Assembly (NCBI GenBank): GCA_964526835.1
Contig: CAZGMK010000002.1
Coordinates: 147,740 to 211,739 of the forward strand
DNA: 64,000 bases
Reading direction: 5' to 3'
Source of the DNA: an uncultured Ignavibacteriales bacterium
GTDB taxonomy: Bacteria > Zixibacteria > MSB-5A5 > GN15 > FEB-12
The position numbers and the translations under genes were made by a program. Below, piece by piece: positions 9,412-19,700 of this stretch (positions are counted from its first letter, which is position 1; each line of letters starts with the position of its first letter). Under the pieces are notes generated by a model. That model worked only from the letters and a program-made list of their open reading frames with translations, made no database searches and was not told the origin of the DNA.

Positions 9412-10545
9412 TTGATACAACATATGGAAGAATGGCACCAGAAAATAGGGCACCTGCTGGCGCTTGAGCGCCAACGGCGCAGCATAGAAGTAGATGAGGT
9501 CGCAGCCGACCTCAAAATCACGGTCGAACATCTCGTCAGCATCGAAGTGGGCGACCCCAAGGCCCTGCCCTCGCCCTTGTATTTCGACCTGTTTGCGAAG
9601 TCATACGCGGAGTATCTGGGAATTGACTATGCTGCAACAGTACGAGCTATCAGAGAACAGCTCGAAGAGATCGAACAGCCGGATCCGGACAAGAAGAGTG
9701 CTCGAACCGACGAACGCAAGCACGCCCATGCCGGTAAGCAGAAGTCACGCAAGAGCACGCCGAAAGAGGACGGGGAGAGCGAGTCGAATCGCAATGCGGC
9801 CCTTCGCAAGCTGGCTTGGATTGTCGGCGGAGCGATTGCGCTGCTGCTGATATTCCTGGTGATAAACGCGCTGTGGCTGAACCCGGGCAATCCGGACAGC
9901 GGCCTTGCGCAGCCGGAGGATGAGATCGCAACCCAGGTTGAGGTCCCGGCCGAAGTAGCTCCCGGCGGAGCAGCGTCAATCGAATGGCGACTGCCACCGC
10001 AGGGGCCACCGGCGCCCCTGGTAGTCAGACTGCAGGCTCGACAGAGAAGCTGGACCGAGATACTGACCGACGGTGATACCGCCTGGCAAGGTAATCTCAA
10101 TCCGGGCTCCTGGGTTGAAGAGACGGCACAGTATCGCACGGAGATCTCGGTCGGCGTGCCCGAGCAGGTGGACGTGACCATAAACGGCGACACGGTCGAT
10201 CTGCGAAACGCCAAGAGACGCATCTACATGGAGGATGTCAATCAACTCAACCTGGTTGATGTGCTGGCCGGAAAGCGTCCGTTCGAGACATCCAATATCG
10301 AGATCACAACCGCCGAGGCCCTGCAGGCGGCTCAGCAGATACCGGCGTCGGCTTCGAGTCAGAAGTCGGCATCCAGACAACCCGGCGAGCCGGCGAGCCA
10401 GTCCTCGGAGCCTTCGGTTACACCGGGTCGGACCGAGGAAAACAGTGTCTCGCCCGTTCGCGACACGACAGAACTGCTGGAACCTGCCGATACCATGGAT
10501 CCGGCGAGATTGACCGGAGACACAACCGAGCAGGAGGGGGAGTAA
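9412..10545 (+). CDS. rodZ: RodZ-like cytoskeleton protein (HTH domain, one TM helix, C-terminal beta domain)
   Basis: N-terminal XRE-type HTH (IGHLLALERQRRSIEVDEVAADLKITVEHLVSIE) and basic linker. TM segment LAWIVGGAIALLLIFLVINALWL. C-terminal segment resembles the RodZ C-domain (LVVRLQARQRSWTEILTDGD...VTINGD). Confidence 0.6.
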   Translation: MIQHMEEWHQKIGHLLALERQRRSIEVDEVAADLKITVEHLVSIEVGDPKALPSPLYFDLFAKSYAEYLGIDYAATVRAIREQLEEIEQPDPDKKSARTDERKHAHAGKQKSRKSTPKEDGESESNRNAALRKLAWIVGGAIALLLIFLVINALWLNPGNPDSGLAQPEDEIATQVEVPAEVAPGGAASIEWRLPPQGPPAPLVVRLQARQRSWTEILTDGDTAWQGNLNPGSWVEETAQYRTEISVGVPEQVDVTINGDTVDLRNAKRRIYMEDVNQLNLVDVLAGKRPFETSNIEITTAEALQAAQQIPASASSQKSASRQPGEPASQSSEPSVTPGRTEENSVSPVRDTTELLEPADTMDPARLTGDTTEQEGE

Positions 10546-10547
10546 GA

Positions 10548-11120
10548 GTGGGGCTGCGGTCATTTGTCGGTGAGATAAAACTCAACCGTCTCAAGAAACG
10601 CCTCGAATCTCAGCCTCTTGAATTTCCCGGCGCGCTGGCTCGCCCCAAGCATATCCTGGTTTGTCTGCCCGAAGGCCTCAGGGAGCTCACTCTGCTGAAG
10701 CAGTTTCTGCCGCAGATACAGGAGACCTTTCACAATGCTAAGATAACCCTGTTGGCGCTGCCCGGAGTGCGAGTTCACGACATCTATCCCCGTAAGGGCT
10801 TTCAGATTCTCTCTCCGGCGGAGAATCAGCAGACCTGGTCGGGTTTGCCGAGAAAGGACTATGTCGCCCTGCTGAAGAAGCAGCAGATCGATCTGGTTCT
10901 GGACATGAACCTGGGTGCATCGCGGTTTACGCGGGGAGTGCTTCTGCATCTTCCCGGCGCGGTTCGGGTCGGACGCGGCAATCACCTGGGACGGCCGTAT
11001 TACAATCTTGAGATCAAGACGAAGTACCTGCGCGACGAGCATAACATATACCGCTCCATACTGACCATGGTGCAGCGCCTGCGTCAGTCGGCCCTCGGGA
11101 CGACACCGACGACCAATTGA
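10548..11120 (+). CDS. Hypothetical protein resembling only the N-terminal half of family-9 glycosyltransferases (heptosyltransferase-like)
   Basis: Pattern ILVCLPEGLRELTLLKQFLPQIQETF..AKITLLA ... QIDLVLDMNLGASRFTRGVLLHLPGAVRVG parallels the GT9 N-domain (IL..R....GD..L..P...L....P.A.I..L ... DLVIDLQG..RSA.L....GA..RIG). No C-terminal nucleotide-sugar domain is present. Confidence 0.35.
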   Translation: MGLRSFVGEIKLNRLKKRLESQPLEFPGALARPKHILVCLPEGLRELTLLKQFLPQIQETFHNAKITLLALPGVRVHDIYPRKGFQILSPAENQQTWSGLPRKDYVALLKKQQIDLVLDMNLGASRFTRGVLLHLPGAVRVGRGNHLGRPYYNLEIKTKYLRDEHNIYRSILTMVQRLRQSALGTTPTTN

Positions 11121-11136
11121 GTTTCATGGAGGAACC

Positions 11137-14100
11137 GTGTACCTGAAGCAACTGGATATCCTGGGCTTTAAGTCGTTTGCCAATAGAACCGCCATCAGAT
11201 TCTCGCCCGGCATCACTGCGATTGTGGGACCCAACGGCTGCGGAAAAACGAATATCCTGGATGCCCTTCGCTGGGTCCTCGGCGAGCAGAAGATCAGTCT
11301 GCTGCGAGGCGCCAAGATGGAAGAGGTGATCTTCAACGGCACCCGTGAGGTCAAGCCACTAGGGATGGCCGAAGTGACCCTGAACGTCGTCAACAATCGA
11401 GGCGTCCTGCCCACCGAATACACAGAAGTGCAGGTGACCCGTCGCTTGTTCCGCAGCGGTGAATCGGAGTATCTGCTGAACAAGGTCCCGTGCCGGCGCA
11501 AGGACATCATGGACCTGTTCGTGGATACGGGGATGGGAGCGCACTCCTATTCGGTCATCCAGCAAGATATGATTGACTCGGTGATATCCGACAAAGCCGA
11601 GGAGCGTCGTTTCCTGTTCGAAGAGGCGGCCGGAATCACGAAGTACAAACAGCGCAAGGCGGCTGCCATGCGCAAGCTGGACGCCACCGAGCAGGACCTT
11701 CTTCGACTGCGGGATATCTATACCGAGGTTGTGAGTCAGGTGCGCTCGCTCAATCGCCAACAGAAGAAAGCTCAGCGGTATCAGAAAATCCTCGATGACA
11801 TCAAGGCCTGGGAGCTGTTCCTGAGCTCCACCCGCCTGCGCGACATAGAAAGGCAGAAACGCGAACTCAAGGGGCAGCTGGATGAGTTGTCGGCGCGGCG
11901 CCTTGCCCACCAGACTACGGTCGACACCATCCGCGCCAAACTCGAGGCCGACCGCACCGAACAGGTTCAGCTCGAGCGGTCGCTGAGTGCGATCAGCGGC
12001 GAAATCTACGAGCTGTCGGAAGAGGCCCATAGTCAGGAACGAGAGATATCAATCCTGGTCGAGAAGCGATCCGGGAATCGTCAGTTGATAGAGCGCAACG
12101 AAAACGACATCCAGGCTCTTGAAGCCAGGTCGCAGCTAATTGTCGAGCAAATGGAGGAGACGAGCCATCAGCTCGAGCGGAAAAGACAGGAGGGCGATGA
12201 GCTGGCCGGGAGGTTGGCGCAGGCTGAGGCGGTTCAGGGGGAAGCCGACCGTAGCCTCCTCGCTGTGCGCAGCGGTCGCGACAGGGAGAACCAGGAACTG
12301 CTGCAACTGGAGGGCAAGCTGTCCTCGGGCAAGACCGAGGAACAGAGCCTGGCTCGCCAGGAACAGGACCTGAAGGATCACCAGTCGGAGCTGGAACAGG
12401 AGGCTCAGCGAAACAGCGAACGTCTCAAGGACTTGCAGGAGCGGCTATCCAGGCACTCTTCCGCCCAGGAGGAGCTGGTCCGCCGGCGCCTGGAGTCGGA
12501 AGCCAGACGGAGCGAGCTGCGGCGGAAGATCGAGGAGGGTTCGGCGCGAAGTGAGGAGCTGTCTGAACGCACCTCCGACCTGTCGGCTTCGCTGGAAGCG
12601 GCTCAGGCCCGACGGTGCCTGCTGGAGGAGATGATAGTCCATTACGAAGGTTTCTCGTCCGGAGTTGTTGCGGTGATGGAGCGGCGCGATGACTTCCCCG
12701 GCCTAATCGGGACGGTGGCCGAGAAGTTCCTGCCGCGGGAAGGTTACGAGGAGGCCGTCGAGGCGGCCCTCGGTGAGATGGCCGGGTTTGTCCTCTGCCG
12801 CGACCGCGTCACGGCTGAGCGGATAGTCGCTTTCCTGAAGGAGCACAAGAAGGGCCGGTGCGGCATACTGGTCCCCGACACGGGGACCCTCAACCCGGTG
12901 GTGAAGCGTCCTGAGATGGATCAGCCGGGATTTGTCGGCTGGCTGGACCAGTTGGTGCAGGTTGAGGATGAGCTGAAACCCCTGATGCAGGCGGTGCTGG
13001 CGCGTACGGCGGCATTCGAGGCCGGGATCGACCCGTCATCGATCCTGCAGCATCTCCCCTTCGGTTTCACGGCAGTCTCGACCGATGGGACGGTCTATTC
13101 GAAGAACCTGATAAGTGGCGGCAGCGAGGACAAGCTGCCCCTGCTGAACCGTCGCGAGCGTATCAATCAGCTTGACCGAGACATCGAGCAGATGGAGAAC
13201 GAGCTGTCCGAGATGCGTCGGCGTCGCGACTCGCTCACCGCCGAGCTGGCACAATGGCGCGCGGAGTCCGCCGAGCTCAGTCGCAAGCTGGATGACTTGA
13301 GTGAAGAGATCAGCAACGCCCGGCAGGAGACCGGACAGCTCCAGGCGCAGGTCGAATCGGCCAGGGCAGAGCAGACCCGCCTGGAGAAGGAAGTCCAGCA
13401 GACCGGACAACGGCTGGAGCAGATCCGATCCCGCCAGTACACGCTGGGGCTTGACTACAGCGAACTCTCATCGCGCAAGAACACTCTTGTGTCGAATCTC
13501 TCCGAAGCCGAATGTCGACTTGAGGTGGTCGAGCGTCAGGCGGTGGAGGCGGCCGAGGAAGTGGGGCGACTCCAGGTCCGTATGGTCGAGACCCGCAGCC
13601 AGGTAGACCAGATTGAGAGCAAGATTTCCCACCTGACGGAACTGCGTAAGGAGATTGATCACTCGATCGAAGCCAAGAAATCGGAAAACGAAGACGCCGC
13701 CAAACAGATCCGCCAGAGCGCGGATAAGATAGAACAGATAGAAGCGGCTCTCAAGCAGGTCTTCGCAGACCGCAGCAAAGCGAACGAACGGCAGACCAGT
13801 CTTCGGGCCAAACAGGGTGAGATACAACAGCGTGTCAATCAACTCGAAGAGCAGCTCCAGCAGGCCCGCAACGAGAAGGACACGATCTCGGAGAAGACCC
13901 ATCAGCTCGAGATCAGGCTGAATACGTTCAGCTCTGAGTCCCAGTCGCTGATGGAGCGCATCCGGGAGGAATATGATATCGACCTCTCGTCAATCGAACC
14001 GGAGCGCCCTGACGAGGGCAAGACGGACGAGGAGGCTCGCGAGCACCTGGTGCGCCAGAAGGAGAAGCTCAAGAAATTCGGGGCGGTTAACTTACTTGCA

Positions 14101-14877
14101 CTGGAAGAGCACAAAACCGCAGTCGAGCGTGAGGAGTTTCTCAGGGAGCAACTTGACGACCTCACTCAGGCCAAAGACGACCTGCAGTCGACTATTCGGC
14201 AGATCAATAGACGCGCCCGACAGATGTTCAATGAGACATTCGCGCAAGTCCGGCAGAATTTCCAGAAGCTGTTCGTCCAGCTATTCACCGGTGGTGAAGC
14301 CGACATTAGCCTGGAGGAACCTGACAACCCGCTCGAATCGGATATCGTGATTATGGCCCGGCCGCGGGGCAAGAAGCTACTGTCTATCACGATGATGTCC
14401 GGCGGAGAGCGGGCTCTGACTGCGATCGCACTGCTGTTCAGCCTCTACCTGGTCAAGCCTTCACCATTCTGCATCCTAGACGAGATCGACGCCCCACTCG
14501 ATGACGCCAACTGCCGACGTTTCCTGAACATCATTCGCGGTTTTGCGGACCAGACTCAGTTCATTATCATTACACATAACAAAATTACTATGAGCACCGC
14601 CGACAACCTATACGGTGTTACGATGGAGCAGGCCGGCATATCCAAGCTGGTGGCGGTGCGGTTCACCGATGTCCGCAAGTCCGCTTCCGGAGAACTGGTC
14701 ATCGTCGACCATACTTCGCCGGAGGAAGCGGCTCAGGCCGATAACGCCGTCGATTCCGCGACCGACATGATCGATGTCGTCGCTGACGAGGAGGAAGATG
14801 AGAGAGAGGCGTTGACCAGAGTCTCCTCTGCGGACAGCGAACACGGCATCAGCAATGACCATCTGACCGACAACTGA
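11137..14877 (+). CDS. smc: Chromosome segregation protein SMC
   Basis: Walker A GPNGCGKTNILDAL, long coiled coils, hinge, signature LSGGERALTAIALLFS, Walker B ILDEIDAPLD. Confidence 0.95.
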   Translation: MYLKQLDILGFKSFANRTAIRFSPGITAIVGPNGCGKTNILDALRWVLGEQKISLLRGAKMEEVIFNGTREVKPLGMAEVTLNVVNNRGVLPTEYTEVQVTRRLFRSGESEYLLNKVPCRRKDIMDLFVDTGMGAHSYSVIQQDMIDSVISDKAEERRFLFEEAAGITKYKQRKAAAMRKLDATEQDLLRLRDIYTEVVSQVRSLNRQQKKAQRYQKILDDIKAWELFLSSTRLRDIERQKRELKGQLDELSARRLAHQTTVDTIRAKLEADRTEQVQLERSLSAISGEIYELSEEAHSQEREISILVEKRSGNRQLIERNENDIQALEARSQLIVEQMEETSHQLERKRQEGDELAGRLAQAEAVQGEADRSLLAVRSGRDRENQELLQLEGKLSSGKTEEQSLARQEQDLKDHQSELEQEAQRNSERLKDLQERLSRHSSAQEELVRRRLESEARRSELRRKIEEGSARSEELSERTSDLSASLEAAQARRCLLEEMIVHYEGFSSGVVAVMERRDDFPGLIGTVAEKFLPREGYEEAVEAALGEMAGFVLCRDRVTAERIVAFLKEHKKGRCGILVPDTGTLNPVVKRPEMDQPGFVGWLDQLVQVEDELKPLMQAVLARTAAFEAGIDPSSILQHLPFGFTAVSTDGTVYSKNLISGGSEDKLPLLNRRERINQLDRDIEQMENELSEMRRRRDSLTAELAQWRAESAELSRKLDDLSEEISNARQETGQLQAQVESARAEQTRLEKEVQQTGQRLEQIRSRQYTLGLDYSELSSRKNTLVSNLSEAECRLEVVERQAVEAAEEVGRLQVRMVETRSQVDQIESKISHLTELRKEIDHSIEAKKSENEDAAKQIRQSADKIEQIEAALKQVFADRSKANERQTSLRAKQGEIQQRVNQLEEQLQQARNEKDTISEKTHQLEIRLNTFSSESQSLMERIREEYDIDLSSIEPERPDEGKTDEEAREHLVRQKEKLKKFGAVNLLALEEHKTAVEREEFLREQLDDLTQAKDDLQSTIRQINRRARQMFNETFAQVRQNFQKLFVQLFTGGEADISLEEPDNPLESDIVIMARPRGKKLLSITMMSGGERALTAIALLFSLYLVKPSPFCILDEIDAPLDDANCRRFLNIIRGFADQTQFIIITHNKITMSTADNLYGVTMEQAGISKLVAVRFTDVRKSASGELVIVDHTSPEEAAQADNAVDSATDMIDVVADEEEDEREALTRVSSADSEHGISNDHLTDN

Positions 14878-14897
14878 TTATCCCTGTCCACAACACA

Positions 14898-15812
14898 ATG
14901 TTCAAAGCCTTCGACAAACTAAAGCAGTCGCTGACCAAGACCAAGGACAGCCTGGTCGGCAAGATCGCGAAAGTGGTATCACGGCGTAAGATCGACGATG
15001 AGTTACTTGAAGAGATCGAGGAGATTCTCATTGAAGCCGATGTCGGCGTGCAGGCCACTACGCGCCTGATCGACAGCGTCAAAGAAAAAGCCCGGCGGAG
15101 ACGCCTCACCGACGGGGATGATGTCATCGCCCTGCTCAAGGAAGAGATCGCCGAGATACTATCCGGCCAGAGGGAACCGTTGGAGCTGGACAAGAGCAAC
15201 GGCCCGGTGGTTTGGATGATTGTGGGCGTCAATGGGGTCGGTAAGACGACGACCATCGGCAAACTGGCGACCACTTTCAGCGCTGAGGGGCACAAGGTGA
15301 TGATCGCCGCCTGCGATACTTTCCGGGCGGCAGCTATCGATCAGATCGAAATCTGGGCTCAGCGAAGCAACGTCGATATTGTGAGATCCCAGCATGGTTC
15401 CGATCCGGCCTCGGTGGCGTTCGATGCCGCCAGAGCCGCCGAGTCCCGCGGCGCCGACATAATGCTGGTCGATACGGCCGGCAGACTCCATACCAAGACG
15501 AACCTCATGGAGGAGCTCAAGAAAATCAAGCGGGTGGTGGCCAAGGCCCTCCCGGGCGCGAGCATCTACACCAAGCTTATAATAGATGGTTCCACCGGCC
15601 AGAACGCCCTATCACAGGTGCAGATATTCACCGAGGCGGTCGGCTGCGACGGTATCATCGTCACCAAGCTCGATGGAACCGCCAAGGGTGGAGTCATGAT
15701 CGCCGTGGCCGAGGAGCTCAAGGTGCCGGTGGATTTCATAGGAATCGGCGAGGGCATCGACGACCTTCATCGCTTCGACCCCAAAGCATTCGCGGAGGCT
15801 CTCTTCTCATGA
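14898..15812 (+). CDS. ftsY: Signal recognition particle receptor FtsY
   Basis: GVNGVGKTTTIGKLA, DTAGRLH and TKLDGTAKGG SRP-GTPase motifs. Confidence 0.95.
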   Translation: MFKAFDKLKQSLTKTKDSLVGKIAKVVSRRKIDDELLEEIEEILIEADVGVQATTRLIDSVKEKARRRRLTDGDDVIALLKEEIAEILSGQREPLELDKSNGPVVWMIVGVNGVGKTTTIGKLATTFSAEGHKVMIAACDTFRAAAIDQIEIWAQRSNVDIVRSQHGSDPASVAFDAARAAESRGADIMLVDTAGRLHTKTNLMEELKKIKRVVAKALPGASIYTKLIIDGSTGQNALSQVQIFTEAVGCDGIIVTKLDGTAKGGVMIAVAEELKVPVDFIGIGEGIDDLHRFDPKAFAEALFS

Positions 15813-16210
15813 TCAAGACCCTGAACGTCAAGACCAGCAGGCGCGAAGAGATGATAGATATCACGGCCCAGCTCAGGACTGCGCTGAAGGAGAGCGGACA
15901 CAAGAACGGCGTGCTGGTGTGCTTTGTCACCCACACGACCGCCGGCGTGACTATCAACGAGAACGCCGACCCGAGTGTCAGCCGGGATATCATCTACAAA
16001 TTGAACAAGGAAATACCGCAGCAGGAAGGCTATCATCACGGCGAGGGCAATTCGGACGCGCATATCAAGTCAAGCCTGATCGGCGCCTCCGAGCAGGTGC
16101 TGTTTGAGGACGGAGACCTGATCCTGGGCACGTGGCAGGGTGTCTACTTCTGCGAATTCGACGGGCCCCGGCAGCGGCGCATGCTGGTCAAAATCATCGC
16201 GAGTGATTAG
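15809..16210 (+). CDS. yjbQ: YjbQ/UPF0047 family protein (secondary thiamine-phosphate synthase-like)
   Basis: THTTAGVTINENADP and GNSDAHIKSSL motifs. 4-nt overlap with the ftsY stop. Confidence 0.8.
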   Translation: MIKTLNVKTSRREEMIDITAQLRTALKESGHKNGVLVCFVTHTTAGVTINENADPSVSRDIIYKLNKEIPQQEGYHHGEGNSDAHIKSSLIGASEQVLFEDGDLILGTWQGVYFCEFDGPRQRRMLVKIIASD

Positions 16211-16670
16211 ATTTCGGATCATTGCCGTCGGGAAAGACAAGGATCGATGGGTCACCGACGGCACAAGCCACTTCGGTAAGTTGTTGGCGCGGTGGGCCAG
16301 ACTGGACTGGACCATGGTCCCGGCGATCCGTGCGGGCAGCCTTTCCCCCACCGAGATCCGGAAGGCGGAAGCCGAGCGGCTCGGTAAGCATCTCGGCAAG
16401 GGATTGACCATCGCCCTGACGGACAGAGGAGAAGCGCTCGATTCACCCGCCCTGGCTCGAAAGCTAGAGCAATGGATGGCGCATGCGGGCGGTGCGATCC
16501 AGTTCGTTGTCGGCGGACCGTTCGGACTGCACAAATCTGTCCTTGAGAAGGCAGACCTGCAGCTATCCCTTTCCCCCCTGACGTTCTCGCATCAGATCGT
16601 CAGGCTCGTCCTGGTTGAGCAGCTCTACCGGGCCCTGTCTATCCTCCACCGGACCGACTACCACAAGTAG
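16203..16670 (+). CDS. rlmH: 23S rRNA (pseudouridine1915-N3)-methyltransferase RlmH
   Basis: VIRFRIIAVGK start region, C-terminal SLSPLTFSHQIVRLVLVEQLYRA...YHK. I use the GTG at 16203, in frame with ORF-track start 16140, overlapping the yjbQ stop by 8 nt. Confidence 0.85.
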   Translation: MIRFRIIAVGKDKDRWVTDGTSHFGKLLARWARLDWTMVPAIRAGSLSPTEIRKAEAERLGKHLGKGLTIALTDRGEALDSPALARKLEQWMAHAGGAIQFVVGGPFGLHKSVLEKADLQLSLSPLTFSHQIVRLVLVEQLYRALSILHRTDYHK

Positions 16671-16672
16671 AG

Positions 16673-16702
16673 CAACGCCCGATCGGGAATGACCGGGCGT
16701 TG
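16673..16702. terminator. Hairpin between convergent rlmH and the giant gene (terminator-like, no clear U-tract)
   Basis: caacgcccg ... cgggcgttg forms a 9-bp perfect stem with a 12-nt loop. Confidence 0.4.
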
Positions 16703-16726
16703 AGTTATGCGTAATCGGCAGTCGTT

Positions 16727-19700
16727 TTACTTCAACAGCACCATCTTCTTGGTAGCGCTGAAGTCATCAGCATCCAGACGATAGAAGTAAACCCCCGACG
16801 CCACCGAGGCGCCGCTGGAGCTGCAGCCGTCCCAGATAACCTGGTGCGTTCCGGCGGAGGCTTTGCCGTTGAACTGATTAACCAGGTTGCCCTGGATATT
16901 GAATATCGAGAGATGCCACTCACCGGCGTTCGGCAAGGCGAACTCGATCGTGGTAGTCGGGTTGAACGGGTTCGGATAGTTTTGACCCAGCGAGAACTCG
17001 TCGGGAACCGTGCTTCCGCCCTTGAAGACGCAGTTGTACGGCCGCCCCTGGTAGTCGGCCGCCTGCGCTTCAACAAGATTCAATTGGCCACCTTCGTAGT
17101 CCACTTCAATCAGGTTGTTGCGTCCTGCAAACATGTGCTCGGTGCCGAGATCCCAGACCAGGGCCCGGAGCTGCCCGTCCTGTATGCCCCAGAGCAGTTC
17201 CATGCCGGCGGCGTCACCAGCTAGCCTCAGGCCGTTGATACTGACATCACCGCTCATATCGAAGACCAGGAGAGCCGCTCCAATGTCGTGGGACGACTCG
17301 GCCGACACAGCCAGGGTCGGCCCCTGATCCGCAGCCTCTACAACAAGGGCCTGTTCGTGGGGAGTTACCTTGGGTACCGGGACGGCATCACCGACGATTA
17401 CCCTGATCAGCAGAACCAGGTCCGCTACCGTCAGGGTGGAGCCGTCGGCGTTGACATCGGTGGCGGCAATCTGCCCGGCCAGGTTGACGGTGAAGACACC
17501 CAGGCCGTAGATGAAGTAGTTCGAGAAAACGACCGCATCGGCGATTTCGTAAGCTACGCCATTGAGGTTGACATCGCCTCGGGCGTCAATCGAATCAGGG
17601 TGCAGTATACAGATACCGTCGTTGTAGAACTCAATGCAACGAATGGGGTCGACTTTCCCGCCCCCGAAGCACTCGTCCGGCGTACCCATGCCGTACGGAC
17701 GCGAGCTCTCCGGGAAATTGACGTCGTCGGTCTCATCCCAGAGCAAGTAGCCCTCAGGCCCGTAGATGCGAAGGTCGACATAGAGCTCGGTGCCAGTCGT
17801 ATCGGACACGGCATTGTCGCCGCAGTCATAGTTGACGAAGCGCAGGGGCAGGAACTGGTCACCGATATTCTGATCATTGACCACCTGGAACTCCATTTCA
17901 ACAACTACGCCATTGGGATTGCGACTCTCCGGCGGCGGATGCTGCGCACCGTTGTTAATGTCCGCGATACCCACAAATCGCACCACGCCCGAGGGACAGT
18001 TGGGCCCGCAGCCGGCCTGATTAAGACGGTACTCGAAATACTCCCAGCCGTCTATTTCGGTTCCGGCAATGGTGGCGCCGACGAAACCGAGCACCGAAGC
18101 ATCGAAGCTGAGGAGAATATCGAATCCGCCAAGATACATATCCGTTTCCATAATCAGGTCGACTTTCTTGCGAACCCCCACCGGGATGCACTCACCGGCA
18201 TCCAGCCGCACGTACATGCAGACCCCGCAGTCCTCCTCCTCGATTATCTCGACTATGAATGAACCGCTGACAGTATGGCAACCGTCGTAAGTCTCGAAGC
18301 AGAACTCGTGCAGGCCGAAATCAATGTCGGCGGGCAGGCAGAGAACGCCACTGTCGTTGGTCTCAAGCGTGAAAGTACCCGGACCGCAGGTCTGCATCAG
18401 ACTCTCGATGCCCTCGAAATCGTCGGCGTAGATGCCGTCGATGCAGATGATGTCGCTGTCACCGGGGCAGCGCTCGAAGACCAGATCGGCGGTCGGAAGA
18501 AAGAGTTGCGGCTCGGCGTCAGCGGTTACATTGATCACGGTCACGCAGGTATCGGCGCCGCACGAAAGCTCGGCGGCGATCTCGACTTCATAGTGGCCCG
18601 CGGTGTCAATCGGCAAACAGATCTGGCCGTCACTGTAGGAGCCGATTGGGGACACGCTAATGTCGGCGCCGGCGCCGCTAATGCTTACGGGATAGCAAAT
18701 ACTCTGCGGTTCTTCGAAGCACAAGAGCGTATCGATTTGTCCGGGGCACGAGATTTCCGGTGTCACTCCCATCGACACGTCGATGTCGAAGGCGCAGGTG
18801 TCGACACCGCAAGCAGCCTCGGCGATGACCGTAACAGTGTATGTTCCGGTCGTATCGGCCCGGATGCAGACCTCACCGGCGCCCCACTTGTAGACGCCCT
18901 CCGGCTCGACCGTGACTGTGGCGTTGAACGGGCTTATCGGAACCACGACGCACACCGTGTCCGGCTCGCAGAGCGAGAAAAACTGGGTGGACTGCGGGCA
19001 GACTATGAACGGGGTCCCTCCAGGCTCAAGCGTGACGTTCAATGTATCGCTATCGGCCTCACCACAGACATCGATCGCCGTGACGACTATCGCGAAGGCG
19101 CCGAAGTCCGGCGGCGTGAAACAGACCGTGCTGTCCACTATGCTCGCGCCTTCAGAGGCGACAACATCAACGATATTGTCTTCCGCATCGTTAACCGTGA
19201 ATGGCAGACAGATCTGCTCGGGCTCGCAGACGACAAGAGTGGTGTCGTCGCCAAGGCCGACGACCGGCGGAGTGTTGAACTCACTGGTAATCGTGAAGCT
19301 GCAGGTATCGTCGCCGCACTCACTGGTGGCTACCATCGTCACTTCGATCTCGCCCGACTGAAGGATCGGAATACAAACCTGTCCCTCACCGAGCCAGGCC
19401 GGATCGCTAACCGAGACACCAGTCACGTGTGGCGAGATGTCGTAGTCGAGGCAGAGAGTATCCGGCTCACACAGCACGACGGTCTGATCGTCGGGACAGG
19501 AAATCAGATCAGAGGGAGATATGTTGACGGACACCAGCACTTCGCAGGTGTCGCTGTTGCAGGGTCCCTGAACGTATAGCTCGATCGCGAAGATAGCTGA
19601 GGTGTCTGCGAAGAAGCAGAGTTGCCCGTCTTCGTAGTAACCGTAGTTAGTCGTGACAGTGTAGTTCTCGCCGACGATATCGACCGGGACACAAACAGTA

